Shown piece by piece: positions 30,394 through 40,564 of a DNA stretch of 64,000 nucleotides. The translations under genes and the position numbers were made by a program. This DNA comes from Thermoplasmata archaeon (GTDB lineage Archaea > Thermoplasmatota > Thermoplasmata > Thermoplasmatales > Thermoplasmataceae). Within the stretch, counting starts at the first letter, position 1. Each line of letters begins with the position of its first letter. The stretch spans positions 26,271 to 90,270 of the forward strand of contig JAJZXB010000006.1 of NCBI GenBank assembly GCA_021846395.1. Direction: 5' to 3'. The notes beneath the pieces were generated by a model. The model had not been told where the DNA came from. It searched no databases and saw nothing but the letters and a program-made list of their open reading frames with translations.

Positions 30394-31438
30394 CCGTTAT
30401 GATAATTTTTCTGAATTTTGAATAGGTTCCGTAATCTATATACATGATCTTTTCAATCATCTTTTTGATTGTGGGTGCCCTATCTCTTTTATACTTTTTC
30501 ATTTCATCTGTAACTGTCATATCAAATGCATCCGAACCTGCACCAGAACCAAATGATACCGCTAAAATTTTATCACCAGGCTTTGCTTCATCAAGTATTG
30601 CAGATAATCCAGTCATTGTTGAACCGGAATAGGTATTTCCAATATATGGTGTTAACAGCCCAGTTTTGTACTGTTCCTCGGTAAAGCCAAGCATTTTTGC
30701 AGCCCTCATAGGGAATTTTCCATTTGGCTGGTGGAAAACAGCGTAATCGTAATCAGAAGGTTTAGTATCCATTTTTTCCATCATGGCCTTTCCTGCCGCT
30801 ATTATGTGCTTGAAATATCCAGGCTCTCCAGTGAATCTTTCACCGTGCTTTGGATATGGTTCGCCCTCCCTTCTCCAGAAGTCCGGCGTATCGGTGGATA
30901 CAGACAGTGTATGATTTATTTCCACTATAACTTTTTCTTTACCAATAATCACAGCGGTTCCGCCGGCGGATGCCGTATATTCAAGTGCATCTCCCGGTGC
31001 ACCCTGTGATGTGTCTGCTCCGATTGCTATTCCATATTTTATATAGTTTGAATCAACCATTGCCTTGACGTTCTGCATTCCTGCAGTACCTGCCTTGCAT
31101 GCAAATTCATAATCTGCAGCAAAATACTGTAATGGCATCCCAATGGAAGCAGCTACTATGGTTCCAGTTGGCTTTACAGCATATGGATGCGATTCTGATC
31201 CAACATAAATTGCACCAATATCCTGTGGATTTATATCACACCTGGATAGAGCATTTCTGGCAGCCTCAACCGATATCGTTGCAACATCCTCATCTGGTGA
31301 GGGGACCGATTTGCTAAAAATAAATAAGTTATCCCTCATTTTCTCCGGTTCATCCCCCCATATTCTGGCAATCTCTTCAGGTTTTATCCTGTATACAGGG
31401 ATATAGGAACCGTAACTGACTATACCTGACATAAACAC
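30377..31438 (-). CDS. hydroxymethylglutaryl-CoA synthase
   Basis: 353 aa HMGCS/KAS-III fold with active-site Cys (FACKAGT); overlaps the thiolase start. Confidence 0.85.
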   Translation of the reverse strand: MFMSGIVSYGSYIPVYRIKPEEIARIWGDEPEKMRDNLFIFSKSVPSPDEDVATISVEAARNALSRCDINPQDIGAIYVGSESHPYAVKPTGTIVAASIGMPLQYFAADYEFACKAGTAGMQNVKAMVDSNYIKYGIAIGADTSQGAPGDALEYTASAGGTAVIIGKEKVIVEINHTLSVSTDTPDFWRREGEPYPKHGERFTGEPGYFKHIIAAGKAMMEKMDTKPSDYDYAVFHQPNGKFPMRAAKMLGFTEEQYKTGLLTPYIGNTYSGSTMTGLSAILDEAKPGDKILAVSFGSGAGSDAFDMTVTDEMKKYKRDRAPTIKKMIEKIMYIDYGTYSKFRKIIITGDSVE

Positions 31439-31576
31439 CTAAATGTGTTAATATATATAAAAATTCACGTGTTGATATTCGTTTATTCACGTATATATTA
31501 ACTGTGTTATATAATGAATTACATTATAAATTTATTAAAGTTATATAAAAAACATTTATATACCACAATTCGTTAA

Positions 31577-32419
31577 TTGATTATGGGATTTGTAAATGTA
31601 GATATAATAGCACTGTTTATTGTTCTTTTAATAGTAGTTGCAATATTATTATCAGGAATACACATATTGAAGGAATGGCAGAGAGCGCCAGTACTTACTC
31701 TGGGGAGATATACAGGCTTAAAGGGGCCGGGACTTATTTATGTGACGCCAATCATAAGCAAAATAACCGTGGTTGTATCCACGAGAATTCAGGTTGTGGC
31801 CTTTAAGACGGAATCAACGTATACACAGGATAATGTTCCGGTTAATGTTGATGCAGTTATGTATTTTCAGGTAATAGATGCTGATAAGGCCGTTTTAAAT
31901 GTTGAAAGTTATGCAACTGCAACACAGCTTGCAGCACAGACAACATTGAGAGAGGTTCTTGGCAAATCTTCATTCGATGAAATTTTATCAGAAAGGGAGA
32001 AAATTGGAGAAGCAGCAAGGCAGATTATAGATGAAAAAACAGAACACTGGGGAGTCAAGGTGTCATCTGTGGAAATAAGGGATGTGCTTGTTCCTCAGAC
32101 ATTACAGGATGCAATGTCAAGACAGGCATCAGCTGAAAGAGAGAGAAGGTCGAGGGTTACACTGGCTCTAGCTGAGGTAGAAGCTGCGGGTAAAATGGTT
32201 GACGCAGCAAAACAGTATAATAATAACCCAATAGCATTTCAGTTAAGATGGATGGACATAGTGTACCAGATTGGTCTTGAAGGCAGGGGCTCATTGATAA
32301 TGATACCACAGAATGTTCCAGCAGCTGGAGATACCTCGCAATTCTTCACAGCCACTGCCCTGAATAACTATATCAAAAAGGGGAGTGTCGGCGGTAGTGA
32401 CAATAAAAAATCTCAGTGA
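31577..32419 (+). CDS. SPFH/band-7 (stomatin-like) membrane protein
   Basis: N-terminal TM segment, SPFH domain and a C-terminal coiled-coil (AERERRSRV). Confidence 0.85.
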   Translation: MIMGFVNVDIIALFIVLLIVVAILLSGIHILKEWQRAPVLTLGRYTGLKGPGLIYVTPIISKITVVVSTRIQVVAFKTESTYTQDNVPVNVDAVMYFQVIDADKAVLNVESYATATQLAAQTTLREVLGKSSFDEILSEREKIGEAARQIIDEKTEHWGVKVSSVEIRDVLVPQTLQDAMSRQASAERERRSRVTLALAEVEAAGKMVDAAKQYNNNPIAFQLRWMDIVYQIGLEGRGSLIMIPQNVPAAGDTSQFFTATALNNYIKKGSVGGSDNKKSQ

Positions 32420-33113
32420 GCTCTTTTATATTAAGCTCATAGGGTCTTTTATCCTTTAAGGGCCCGCTGTAATTTTTAATAATTGTGGATATTTTTTTTC
32501 TTCTTTTTGAAAACATATCTATAAGAAATTTATCAAACTCAATTATATCTATATCATATTTCTTTTTTACAATTGCAACAACAGCGGAATCAACATCAGG
32601 GGGCGGAAAGAATGAGCGCCTACTGACTGTAAATGACAGCCTTACATCTGATCTTACATTCGCATTAACTGTTAATCTTGAGTAGTCTTTGCTTCCTGGC
32701 TTTGCAACCAGTCTTTTGGCAAACTCCTTTTGAACCATAATGACAGCCATGTCAAAATCAAAATCTAGTATTTTGAAGATAATTTTGGATGATAAATTAT
32801 ACGGTATATTTCCTATAATTTTGTCATAATGGTCATTTTCAATGTTCAGAAAACTATCCTTAACAATTTTAAATTTGCCATCAAGTATATTTTTACTGTA
32901 TCTTTCAGATAATTCATCAAAAAAGCGATGATCGGGTTCCACAGCGGTTAAAAAAATATTATTTTTTAAGAGTGTTTCAGTCAGTATTCCATGACCCGGA
33001 CCAATTTCAAGAATTTTCTCTCCTTCCTGAATGTCCAATTCCCTTATTTCCTTTGCTGCAATATTTTTGTCGCTTAAGAAAACCTGCCCATATTTTTTCC
33101 CAAAAGTATTCAT
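32373..33113 (-). CDS. ksgA: 16S rRNA (adenine1518/1519-N6)-dimethyltransferase
   Basis: GQVFL...EIGPGHGILT SAM motif and NIPY motif. Confidence 0.9.
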   Translation of the reverse strand: MNTFGKKYGQVFLSDKNIAAKEIRELDIQEGEKILEIGPGHGILTETLLKNNIFLTAVEPDHRFFDELSERYSKNILDGKFKIVKDSFLNIENDHYDKIIGNIPYNLSSKIIFKILDFDFDMAVIMVQKEFAKRLVAKPGSKDYSRLTVNANVRSDVRLSFTVSRRSFFPPPDVDSAVVAIVKKKYDIDIIEFDKFLIDMFSKRRKKISTIIKNYSGPLKDKRPYELNIKELTEIFYCHYRRHSPF

Positions 33114-33658
33114 TTTGCAACAAATAGCTTGTATTTTTCATATCTGTTTTCAAGTTCCTCTATAATCCTGTTTACAATCATTTTCTTGGGATTGTGGGCA
33201 CTTTTAACTCTTTCGGAGATATCATCAAATGATTTGAATGGGGCCATTTTTCTTTCATTTAGAATTGACCACATACTTTTATTTCCAAGCCCAGGCAATA
33301 ATTCCAGAGTGTGCATTCTTGAATTGACTGGTTCAGAATTGTTGAAGAAATTAATAAATCTTTCAGGATTTTTATCTATTATAGTTTCTATTGTATATGG
33401 CAGTTCACTAACTGCAGCACTTGTAAGTTCCTTATATGTTATTCTTCTTTTTATTGAAACGATTTTATCTCTTAGTTCTGGAGATCTGCCTATATATATC
33501 CTGTCTCCAACCGATATCACTATATTTGATTTGGGTATCAATTCGAGAAGTTTAAATTCATTTTCTCCAATGGCAATTATCAGAGAAGATTTTCTAAAAT
33601 TCTTGTCCTCAGCTCTACCTTGCGGCAAATAATCCAGAATGTAAGCGTATTCTTCCAT
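33110..33658 (-). CDS. DUF655 family predicted RNA-binding protein
   Basis: 182 aa in the conserved archaeal position between rpoF and ksgA. Confidence 0.65.
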   Translation of the reverse strand: MEEYAYILDYLPQGRAEDKNFRKSSLIIAIGENEFKLLELIPKSNIVISVGDRIYIGRSPELRDKIVSIKRRITYKELTSAAVSELPYTIETIIDKNPERFINFFNNSEPVNSRMHTLELLPGLGNKSMWSILNERKMAPFKSFDDISERVKSAHNPKKMIVNRIIEELENRYEKYKLFVAK

Positions 33659-33660
33659 AT

Positions 33661-33969
33661 TTATAAACCCTGAAGTATATCTATTATACTATCTAAAACT
33701 TTGTCATCCAGGATCAAATCGTATGAAGATAGTATTGCAAGTAATTCCTCCTTTCCAGCAGGCTTTATATCTATTATTTTAACGGTTACTTCTTCAGGTA
33801 TTTTGTGTATTTTGTTTATTTTTTCTTTGAGTTTCTTAATATTTTCATTTTTATTATATTTCAGAAATTTTTCTGTGTATGATAAAACATCTGTTTCCAC
33901 TTTTGTTTTATCTTCCAGATTTATAAGTTCATTGTACACATCAATATTTGTTTTATACGTAACTTTCAT
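33661..33969 (-). CDS. rpoF: DNA-directed RNA polymerase subunit F (Rpb4 homolog)
   Basis: About 102 aa from the internal Met, which overlaps the L21e stop as ATGA. Conserved L21e-RpoF-DUF655-KsgA order. Confidence 0.6.
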   Translation of the reverse strand: MKVTYKTNIDVYNELINLEDKTKVETDVLSYTEKFLKYNKNENIKKLKEKINKIHKIPEEVTVKIIDIKPAGKEELLAILSSYDLILDDKVLDSIIDILQGL

Positions 33970-34271
33970 TGATTTAACCTCTTGAGGTGTACAGGAGAAG
34001 AAATTACCTTTCTTGAGGTCTTGCCAATTTTTAAAGAAACCACATAACATGATCCTTGTATGCCGGTAACCTTTCCAGTTCTCCCCTCAAAATTATGAAA
34101 TGGCATTCCAGTATGAACTGCAGAATTTATAACGATGGCCACTGTATCGCCTACATTGAATGTTTTTAACAAATCGTTAACCTTTGGCGTTCCTCTTTCC
34201 TTTATCTTTTTTGTTAATTTACTCCTTGACCCTGATCTGGATCCATTAGACATTTTTGTTATTTTAATCAC
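33966..34271 (-). CDS. rpl21e: 50S ribosomal protein L21e (eL21)
   Basis: 101 aa with an L21e-like core. Confidence 0.85.
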   Translation of the reverse strand: MIKITKMSNGSRSGSRSKLTKKIKERGTPKVNDLLKTFNVGDTVAIVINSAVHTGMPFHNFEGRTGKVTGIQGSCYVVSLKIGKTSRKVISSPVHLKRLNQ

Positions 34272-35409
34272 CCCTATTTATATTTATGACATCGAGACTT
34301 TTAATATATAATTTATCTCCATACATGGACGAAAGGCTGGGAACTGTCCTACCTTCATCCCCATTTACAAGTTCTTTTATATATGTCCCTGACTCTGCAC
34401 ATACTTTTATTATGGCAGTATTATACCCTATGCTGTCTATATTTATATATTTTATTTCTTTTTTTCTGATGATATCAGATCTATTTCCAATGACTCTTAT
34501 CGGTGTCCGCTGGCTTATCTCAATCCCAACAAGTTTTCCGGCAGCTTCCCTGAATCTCTGCTCATCTATGCTATTTTTTGATTCTATTTCTGCGAAATAA
34601 ACCTTATCGTATTTGGATTCCTTTATTTCCTTCACTGTGCTTTTGGTGCAGAAAGCGAGATCTGAGATAAATATGTCCTTTCCCGATGAGTTAACCGCTT
34701 CTTTAAATTTATCAAGATCTATATTTCTAATTTTGGGATTAACGGCTTCAATCACAAATTCCCTACCGTTGCCAAGCATCATTACATCAACATCCTCCCG
34801 GCCTGCCCCGTGGAGATGGTAATTTTCAGATGTTGTCATTTTTATCAGTTCATCCCCTATTATGCTTTCTATTGACTCACCAGAACCGTGGATCCAGCGT
34901 GTTTGTGGTATATCTCTCCTTTTTTTTATGTATTTACCATAAACATATAGTGATTTAATGACCAATTCAACATTATCATAAATTGTATTTATGTGTATAG
35001 CTATATCTGGATCCTTTGAATGATCCTTTCCAGATCTCAATGCAAAATATTTTCCAAATTCCCTGTTGAACTCCTTTTTTATGCTTTCCCCCTTAGATCC
35101 ATAATCATTCTGGAGTGTTTCCTCACTTATAAGAAGATCCTTATCAAATTTTGATCCAATGAGAAAACTGTCATATTCATATTCTGCTGTCCTATCGTTA
35201 ACCATCCCATAATATTTATCAAACTGGTCAAAGATATTATTGCAAAGCCAGCATTTATCAACTTCCCTGGCGTTGCCATACAGTGATTTATATGCAAACA
35301 GCAAAGACCTTCCCCTATCTAGATTTGTCATACCGGTATCAACATTGGCAAAAACTCTTCCAGTACAGCGAATGCATAAATTATGTTCAAATAGAGATTG
35401 TAGAATCAT
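34264..35409 (-). CDS. pus10: tRNA pseudouridine synthase Pus10
   Basis: N-terminal zinc ribbon CIRCTGRVFA...CWLCNNIF, as in archaeal Pus10, followed by THUMP-like and catalytic regions. Confidence 0.7.
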   Translation of the reverse strand: MILQSLFEHNLCIRCTGRVFANVDTGMTNLDRGRSLLFAYKSLYGNAREVDKCWLCNNIFDQFDKYYGMVNDRTAEYEYDSFLIGSKFDKDLLISEETLQNDYGSKGESIKKEFNREFGKYFALRSGKDHSKDPDIAIHINTIYDNVELVIKSLYVYGKYIKKRRDIPQTRWIHGSGESIESIIGDELIKMTTSENYHLHGAGREDVDVMMLGNGREFVIEAVNPKIRNIDLDKFKEAVNSSGKDIFISDLAFCTKSTVKEIKESKYDKVYFAEIESKNSIDEQRFREAAGKLVGIEISQRTPIRVIGNRSDIIRKKEIKYINIDSIGYNTAIIKVCAESGTYIKELVNGDEGRTVPSLSSMYGDKLYIKSLDVININRGD

Positions 35410-35427
35410 AAAAATTTAAAAATAAAT

Positions 35428-35559
35428 TTATCTGGCTTTAACTATTTTTTCGGTATTCGGCCTGTCCTTTATAAATACTCTGGATCCACATTCACATTCA
35501 ATATCTGCTGTCCCCACCGATTTTTCAAGAGGCCTTCCACAAATAATGCATTTATACAT
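35428..35559 (-). CDS. rpoP: DNA-directed RNA polymerase subunit P (Rpb12 homolog)
   Basis: 43-aa ORF not in the supplied track: [34 protein letters not shown].... Start overlaps the L37ae 3' end; conserved L37ae-RpoP adjacency. Confidence 0.6.
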   Translation of the reverse strand: MYKCIICGRPLEKSVGTADIECECGSRVFIKDRPNTEKIVKAR

Positions 35560-35809
35560 GTGAATTTATCTCCTTTATAACTTCACTGCTATATTCCGGA
35601 GTGTATGATCCACCTGCAAATTTATATCTGCAGTGGCGGCATTCCCATATGCCGTTTGCAACCCTTTTAACCTTATTTTGTTTGCATGATGGGCATATAT
35701 AAAAACTTATCTTTTGCCTGTATACCTTATTCCATGCTTTTCTTACAGTTACACCATATCTTGGACCGAACCTCCCTGAGGCGCCAACCTTTACTGTATG
35801 TTTCGTCAT
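35552..35809 (-). CDS. rpl37ae: 50S ribosomal protein L37Ae (eL43)
   Basis: GRFGPRYG...CPSC...CRHC zinc ribbon. Confidence 0.85.
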   Translation of the reverse strand: MTKHTVKVGASGRFGPRYGVTVRKAWNKVYRQKISFYICPSCKQNKVKRVANGIWECRHCRYKFAGGSYTPEYSSEVIKEINSHV

Positions 35810-35810
35810 T

Positions 35811-36617
35811 TTAATTCACCTTGAATAATTCTTTCCTTAATCCACTACCTGTATCACATGATGTTTTTATAGCTTTGCGTATTTCTTCAAGAGAAAATTC
35901 TCCAACATCTCCTTTTTGCATAGCGTGTATGTGATTATCCTCCGACATTGTTATGGTGATTCTACCATTTGAAACCTGTTCTTCCTGTAAATCTGGATCA
36001 CATACAAGCTCATCACCTATTTTTGCCATTGTCACCGAAACTGGTGTTGAATTAACAGGCAATTTAAAATCCTCCTTGCCCAATTTTGAAGCTGGTACCA
36101 CTGCACTTCTTAATGCTGCTACAACTGCCATAGTGCACGCGTCTATAATGTTTCCATCATAATTAAGTATGTCAATATCAACGAATATCATCCATACCTT
36201 CACACCTGACTCTATAACAAGCTTTGAAGTGTCAATAACCTTGCTTTCCCTTATTCCACGGTCTACAACACGGGAGAATTCAATAGCCTGTTCACTTGGT
36301 GGGCCGGATTCAAACGTTGGAAAAGCCATTGGCAATAGTTCCACATTGAGTGCCATAACACCGTTGTCTGGGGAATCTGGAAATGGTGTTCCCTCTTCTA
36401 TTTTTATTCCAGCAACAACCTTTGTTTTACCAAGTTCTACCATTGCTGAACCGCTGGCTTTTGGTATGTAGTTTTCAGTTATTTTAACTTCTCTGAAATC
36501 GTTTATGGCTCTTCCGTCAAGTCTTTTCCCATTTTTCAGGCTTTCAAGTATAACTCCTTTTTTAATTTCTGATATAACTGCATTGGAATCCATAGGCATT
36601 TTATTCACCGCCTTCAA
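35811..36617 (-). CDS. rrp42: exosome complex component Rrp42
   Basis: RNase PH-like domain lacking the phosphate-binding residues, downstream of rrp41. Confidence 0.85.
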   Translation of the reverse strand: MKAVNKMPMDSNAVISEIKKGVILESLKNGKRLDGRAINDFREVKITENYIPKASGSAMVELGKTKVVAGIKIEEGTPFPDSPDNGVMALNVELLPMAFPTFESGPPSEQAIEFSRVVDRGIRESKVIDTSKLVIESGVKVWMIFVDIDILNYDGNIIDACTMAVVAALRSAVVPASKLGKEDFKLPVNSTPVSVTMAKIGDELVCDPDLQEEQVSNGRITITMSEDNHIHAMQKGDVGEFSLEEIRKAIKTSCDTGSGLRKELFKVN

Positions 36618-37335
36618 TAGAATATGTTTTCATTAAAGCATCCCTCTGTATTTTGGATATATCCTTCATAGCATTAACAATCATCGATGTTGCTTCATCA
36701 AATTCTTCAGGTGAAACATCACCATCAATCTGCAATAAAACAACCTTCCCAGTTCTTGGGAGAATTGCCATGGGTATATCTGCTTCACCATAATTGTCCT
36801 CGTCCTTTGAAAGATCAAGAACAATCTTTCCGCCAGCCTTGCCAGCTGTGCATCCAACAACAAGGTCCCTCATTGGAACTCCTGCATCTGCTATTGCAAC
36901 TGATGATGCCGTTAAACTTGCAATTCTTGTCCCAGCATCAGCTTGAAGCACCTCTATGAATACATCCACCTCTGCCCTCGGCAATTTTTCAAGTATAATT
37001 GCTGAAGAAAGAGCCTCTGAAATAACTTTTGAAATTTCCATTGTCCTTCTGTCGGGTCCAGGTCTTTTTCTCTCCTCAACACTGAATCCTGCCATACTGT
37101 ATCTTGCCTTAACTATTGCCCTGTCCATATTCTGTGCGTGTTTTGGATATGCCTCTCTGACATATACTGCAACAACTACTTTATTTGCTCCCCATTCTAT
37201 ATATGCGGAACCGTCTGCCTTTTCAATAACTCCTGTTTGAAGTTTAATCGGGCGCATTTCGTTTGATGATCTACCATCAAGTCTTAGTCCGTCATCTGTT
37301 ATTAATTTTACATTTCCTTCCATATCAATTTCCAC
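36601..37335 (-). CDS. rrp41: exosome complex exonuclease Rrp41
   Basis: RNase PH domain (LRLDGRSSNEMRPI...GSAYIEWG). Confidence 0.9.
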   Translation of the reverse strand: MEIDMEGNVKLITDDGLRLDGRSSNEMRPIKLQTGVIEKADGSAYIEWGANKVVVAVYVREAYPKHAQNMDRAIVKARYSMAGFSVEERKRPGPDRRTMEISKVISEALSSAIILEKLPRAEVDVFIEVLQADAGTRIASLTASSVAIADAGVPMRDLVVGCTAGKAGGKIVLDLSKDEDNYGEADIPMAILPRTGKVVLLQIDGDVSPEEFDEATSMIVNAMKDISKIQRDALMKTYSIEGGE

Positions 37336-38002
37336 CTTTTAATTTTTTAAAATATTCACCCATTCTATCAGTCAACCCTACTGTATGTGCCTCTCTTTCC
37401 ACCATTTTAATGGCATTTATAGCAATATTTACATTGTCCGGCTCACCGTCTATCCAGATAAATCCATTTTGCCCAACTATGATTTTGGTATCTGTTTCTG
37501 ATTTTATCAAATTGATCATATTTCCACCTTTGCCAATTACACGTGGAACTTTAGGCGGCTTTACCAGAATTACCTGACCTTTTTCAAGCTTTCTCATACC
37601 TGTATCTCGCATGCTTACCCAGCTTTCTTTGATCTCATTTGATACAGATATCCGTGCATAAATAAAGTCTCCTGCTGCAAGATATCTTGTCAAATCACCT
37701 GCGTTTACGTGCCATGGGGTATCGTTAATATGCAACAGAGAATAATATGGAGAATTTATATCAACAGTCCACATTGTTGGACCTATGTCCATTATTTTCC
37801 CTATTACCTTATCATTGACCCTTGGCAAATAAGGGCTATTAAATGGGGCTATATCTATAAATTTTTCACTTTTCTGTATAACTCCAAAGTACTCAGAAAA
37901 GTATTGTGAATCATCCTCATAAATGCCATTTCTTGGTCTTAAATCGTTTATTTCAATTCTATCTCCCGGATATACTATTTCTTTTGTTTCCAAATATTTC
38001 AC
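37325..38002 (-). CDS. rrp4: exosome RNA-binding subunit Rrp4
   Basis: N-terminal domain, S1 and KH domains (VIGKGGNMINLIK). Confidence 0.9.
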   Translation of the reverse strand: MKYLETKEIVYPGDRIEINDLRPRNGIYEDDSQYFSEYFGVIQKSEKFIDIAPFNSPYLPRVNDKVIGKIMDIGPTMWTVDINSPYYSLLHINDTPWHVNAGDLTRYLAAGDFIYARISVSNEIKESWVSMRDTGMRKLEKGQVILVKPPKVPRVIGKGGNMINLIKSETDTKIIVGQNGFIWIDGEPDNVNIAINAIKMVEREAHTVGLTDRMGEYFKKLKGGN

Positions 38003-38090
38003 CCTTCATAACCTAAATTCTATATATTAATTTTGATATTAAATTATAAATTAATATATAAAACATTTTTATTGTCAATAAATTTATAAA

Positions 38091-38783
38091 TCATTTCACA
38101 AGTCTAACCTCTGCATCACCTTTGGATTTTTTATTGACAATATCCATCAGATCTCCCTGCATACCGGCTGGTATTTCAACTATACAGAGATATTCGCCTG
38201 CATTTGACCATTCTTCCTTAAGTATATTTCCGAATTTTGATATATCACCATATAATTTTCCATATGCGTCACCGGTTAATTTTACAGCCATTCTCACCTT
38301 TTCTATTCTTATTGGTATTAATGGCCGAATGGCTTTGAGAACTGCCTGAACCTGCTCTTCCACACTCTTGAATGCATCTATTCTTATTTTGGCTTCTTCC
38401 ATAGCTTCTTCTATCCTTATTGCAGGAATGGGAGTATTTGTCTGTGGATTTATTGCTTCCCTGACGATTTCGTTTATTACCTGTTTTTTCTTTCTTTCAA
38501 GCATCTCCTTTCTCTGTTCAGTGGTTAATTGTATTTGCCCCCTTTTGACTATTTCTATGGCAATCTGTGCAATATCATCTGTTTTAAATACATCCTTTAA
38601 TATTTCTTCATTCGAACGATCCCCCTTTCTTGCATCCTTAAAAACTTCCGGGATTGCCAGATCATTTTCTATATCAATTTGACCGGATCTTATTCTGCCT
38701 GCAGCATCGGGATCGACAAGAATCTCAAATTTGTAACCGTGTGATTCAAATCTTGCAATTACTGCATCATCTATACTTACCAT
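38091..38783 (-). CDS. sbds: ribosome maturation protein SBDS homolog
   Basis: 230 aa in the conserved position upstream of rrp4. Confidence 0.85.
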   Translation of the reverse strand: MVSIDDAVIARFESHGYKFEILVDPDAAGRIRSGQIDIENDLAIPEVFKDARKGDRSNEEILKDVFKTDDIAQIAIEIVKRGQIQLTTEQRKEMLERKKKQVINEIVREAINPQTNTPIPAIRIEEAMEEAKIRIDAFKSVEEQVQAVLKAIRPLIPIRIEKVRMAVKLTGDAYGKLYGDISKFGNILKEEWSNAGEYLCIVEIPAGMQGDLMDIVNKKSKGDAEVRLVK

Positions 38784-39105
38784 AATGGATGATTATTTAT
38801 TCGGATAAAAAATTATAGTTTATTAAAATATTATGAATAATATAAATTTGAACCATAAACATTCATTTTTAGGTTATGGAAAAAAGTAACTTTTACACCT
38901 GTATAATATTATAAATTATTAAAAATTTCAATATACTGTATATTTATTGTAAATATATATACATATATATGAAAAATAATATATATTACTACATATTATT
39001 ATATTATGAACAAATACCTTGCCATAATAACAATAATAGTTATGGCAATGTTTATAATGGTTTCATTTTCAGGGGATATTTATAAAAACGATTTAAAGAA
39101 TATTA

Positions 39106-39921
39106 ATGAAAGGCCTGCATCCAATAATTATAAAAAAAATAGGAAATATAACATACATGCATAATTTCATTATAAAAAATAATGGAACGATATTATCCAA
39201 TAATATAAACAGATCAATAATAAACAATATAAATAACAGTTACAATAGGAATATAAACACAACCAATAATAATTTAACACCCATATCATATAATTATCAA
39301 AAAACAAACAATACAAATTATCTAATTGAAAAATATAATTTAACCTCTAAGAATAATGTATTGTATACAATGGCATTCACAGATAACTTTACCAAATATA
39401 GGGTGGAAATAGGTGATATAATAATAAATAAAGGTAATAAGAATATATCAGAGGTATATGCAAATATAGTGCCTAAGAACTCTTCAAAGATACTATATGG
39501 AAATGAATTCACTATAAATTATAGATCATCCTATAATAATCAGATGAAAGCTTTAATAAATTCCATTTATTTATCATCACTGTATTATATGAATTCAAAC
39601 AATATTACAATGCATAAATTCGGTATAGAAAATAATTACATATCAATGGCAATGAATTCAATGTTGGGTAAAACAAATAATACTGTAAAGAATATGGAGA
39701 TAAATAGTACAAATGCAATGGTAATTGATAACACTTTTTATTGTATTCTTTCTATACTGGCTCTTGCAGGTTTTATTGTTGCACAATTTATTCCGGGTTT
39801 AGATGTTGGAGTTGATGCTACCGTGGCGGCTGTCTATGCAGGTTATTTTCTCACATCATTCCTTGGTGGATTGGCGGTAATAGGGGTCACTCATGCCTGT
39901 TCTGATACACATTGGAGTTAA
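39106..39921 (+). CDS. Asn/Ile-rich protein with Gly-rich hydrophobic C-terminal module (possible frameshifted secreted precursor)
   Basis: 271 aa; the N-terminal ~200 aa are low-complexity and N-rich. The C-terminus CILSILALAGFIVAQFIPGLDVGVDATVAAVYAGYFLTSFLGGLAVIGVTHACSDTHWS is two hydrophobic helices. An upstream frame-shifted signal-peptide ORF exists (see findings). Confidence 0.4.
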   Translation: MKGLHPIIIKKIGNITYMHNFIIKNNGTILSNNINRSIINNINNSYNRNINTTNNNLTPISYNYQKTNNTNYLIEKYNLTSKNNVLYTMAFTDNFTKYRVEIGDIIINKGNKNISEVYANIVPKNSSKILYGNEFTINYRSSYNNQMKALINSIYLSSLYYMNSNNITMHKFGIENNYISMAMNSMLGKTNNTVKNMEINSTNAMVIDNTFYCILSILALAGFIVAQFIPGLDVGVDATVAAVYAGYFLTSFLGGLAVIGVTHACSDTHWS

Positions 39922-39930
39922 GATGAGAAT

Positions 39931-40176
39931 ATGAAAAACGATAAGGAAAAACTAATGTTAAAAAGGTTAAAGGGGTTAAAAATTGCAATAACGGTAATGG
40001 CTATACCCTCAATTATTATAACCATAGTCGCATTGTTAAATTTAGAAGTTGCTTATGAAAATAGAATTGATTTCTTTTATTTATATTTAATATGTTTGCC
40101 CTCGTTATTATTTTATATATATTTATATATACATAATAAAAAAAAACTTAACCATATAAAAAATATATTATGGTAA
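39931..40176 (+). CDS. small two-TM membrane protein (immunity-like position)
   Basis: 81 aa with two hydrophobic segments flanked by K-rich ends; 9 nt after the upstream gene and 4 nt before the next. Confidence 0.35.
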   Translation: MKNDKEKLMLKRLKGLKIAITVMAIPSIIITIVALLNLEVAYENRIDFFYLYLICLPSLLFYIYLYIHNKKKLNHIKNILW

Positions 40177-40180
40177 CCAG

Positions 40181-40564
40181 ATGAAAACTTTAATAAATTC
40201 CCTGTATTTATCATCACTGTATTATATGAATTCAAACAATATTACAATGCATAAATTCGGTATAGAAAATAATTACATATCAATGGCAATGAATTCAATG
40301 CTGGGTAAAACAAATAATACTGTAAAATCCATGAATATAAGTGAAACGAATGCAATGGTGGTAGATTATAGTTGGTGGTGCATTTTACAAATAGTTAGTG
40401 AAGGGTTCGGACTATTTGCTGTGCTTGCTGCCATTAGTTTAGCAATATTTGCTACTAATGGAATGGCATTGTGGGAAATAGCATTGACTTGGGATAGTAT
40501 AAGTGCAGGTATAGCCAGCTTAGGTCTTACTATTTATATAACTGCTGAAACATGTGATTGGTGA
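40181..40564 (+). CDS. orphan paralogous C-terminal module of the 39106 gene
   Basis: Its first ~53 aa are about 90% identical at the DNA level to 39543-39700. It then has a divergent Gly/Ala-rich hydrophobic C-terminus ending ...AETCDW (cf. ...ACSDTHWS). Confidence 0.4.
   Translation: MKTLINSLYLSSLYYMNSNNITMHKFGIENNYISMAMNSMLGKTNNTVKSMNISETNAMVVDYSWWCILQIVSEGFGLFAVLAAISLAIFATNGMALWEIALTWDSISAGIASLGLTIYITAETCDW

Noticed and set aside
39318-39512. 64-aa antisense ORF inside the N-rich gene
   Set aside because: Low-complexity antisense translation of an AT-rich coding region.
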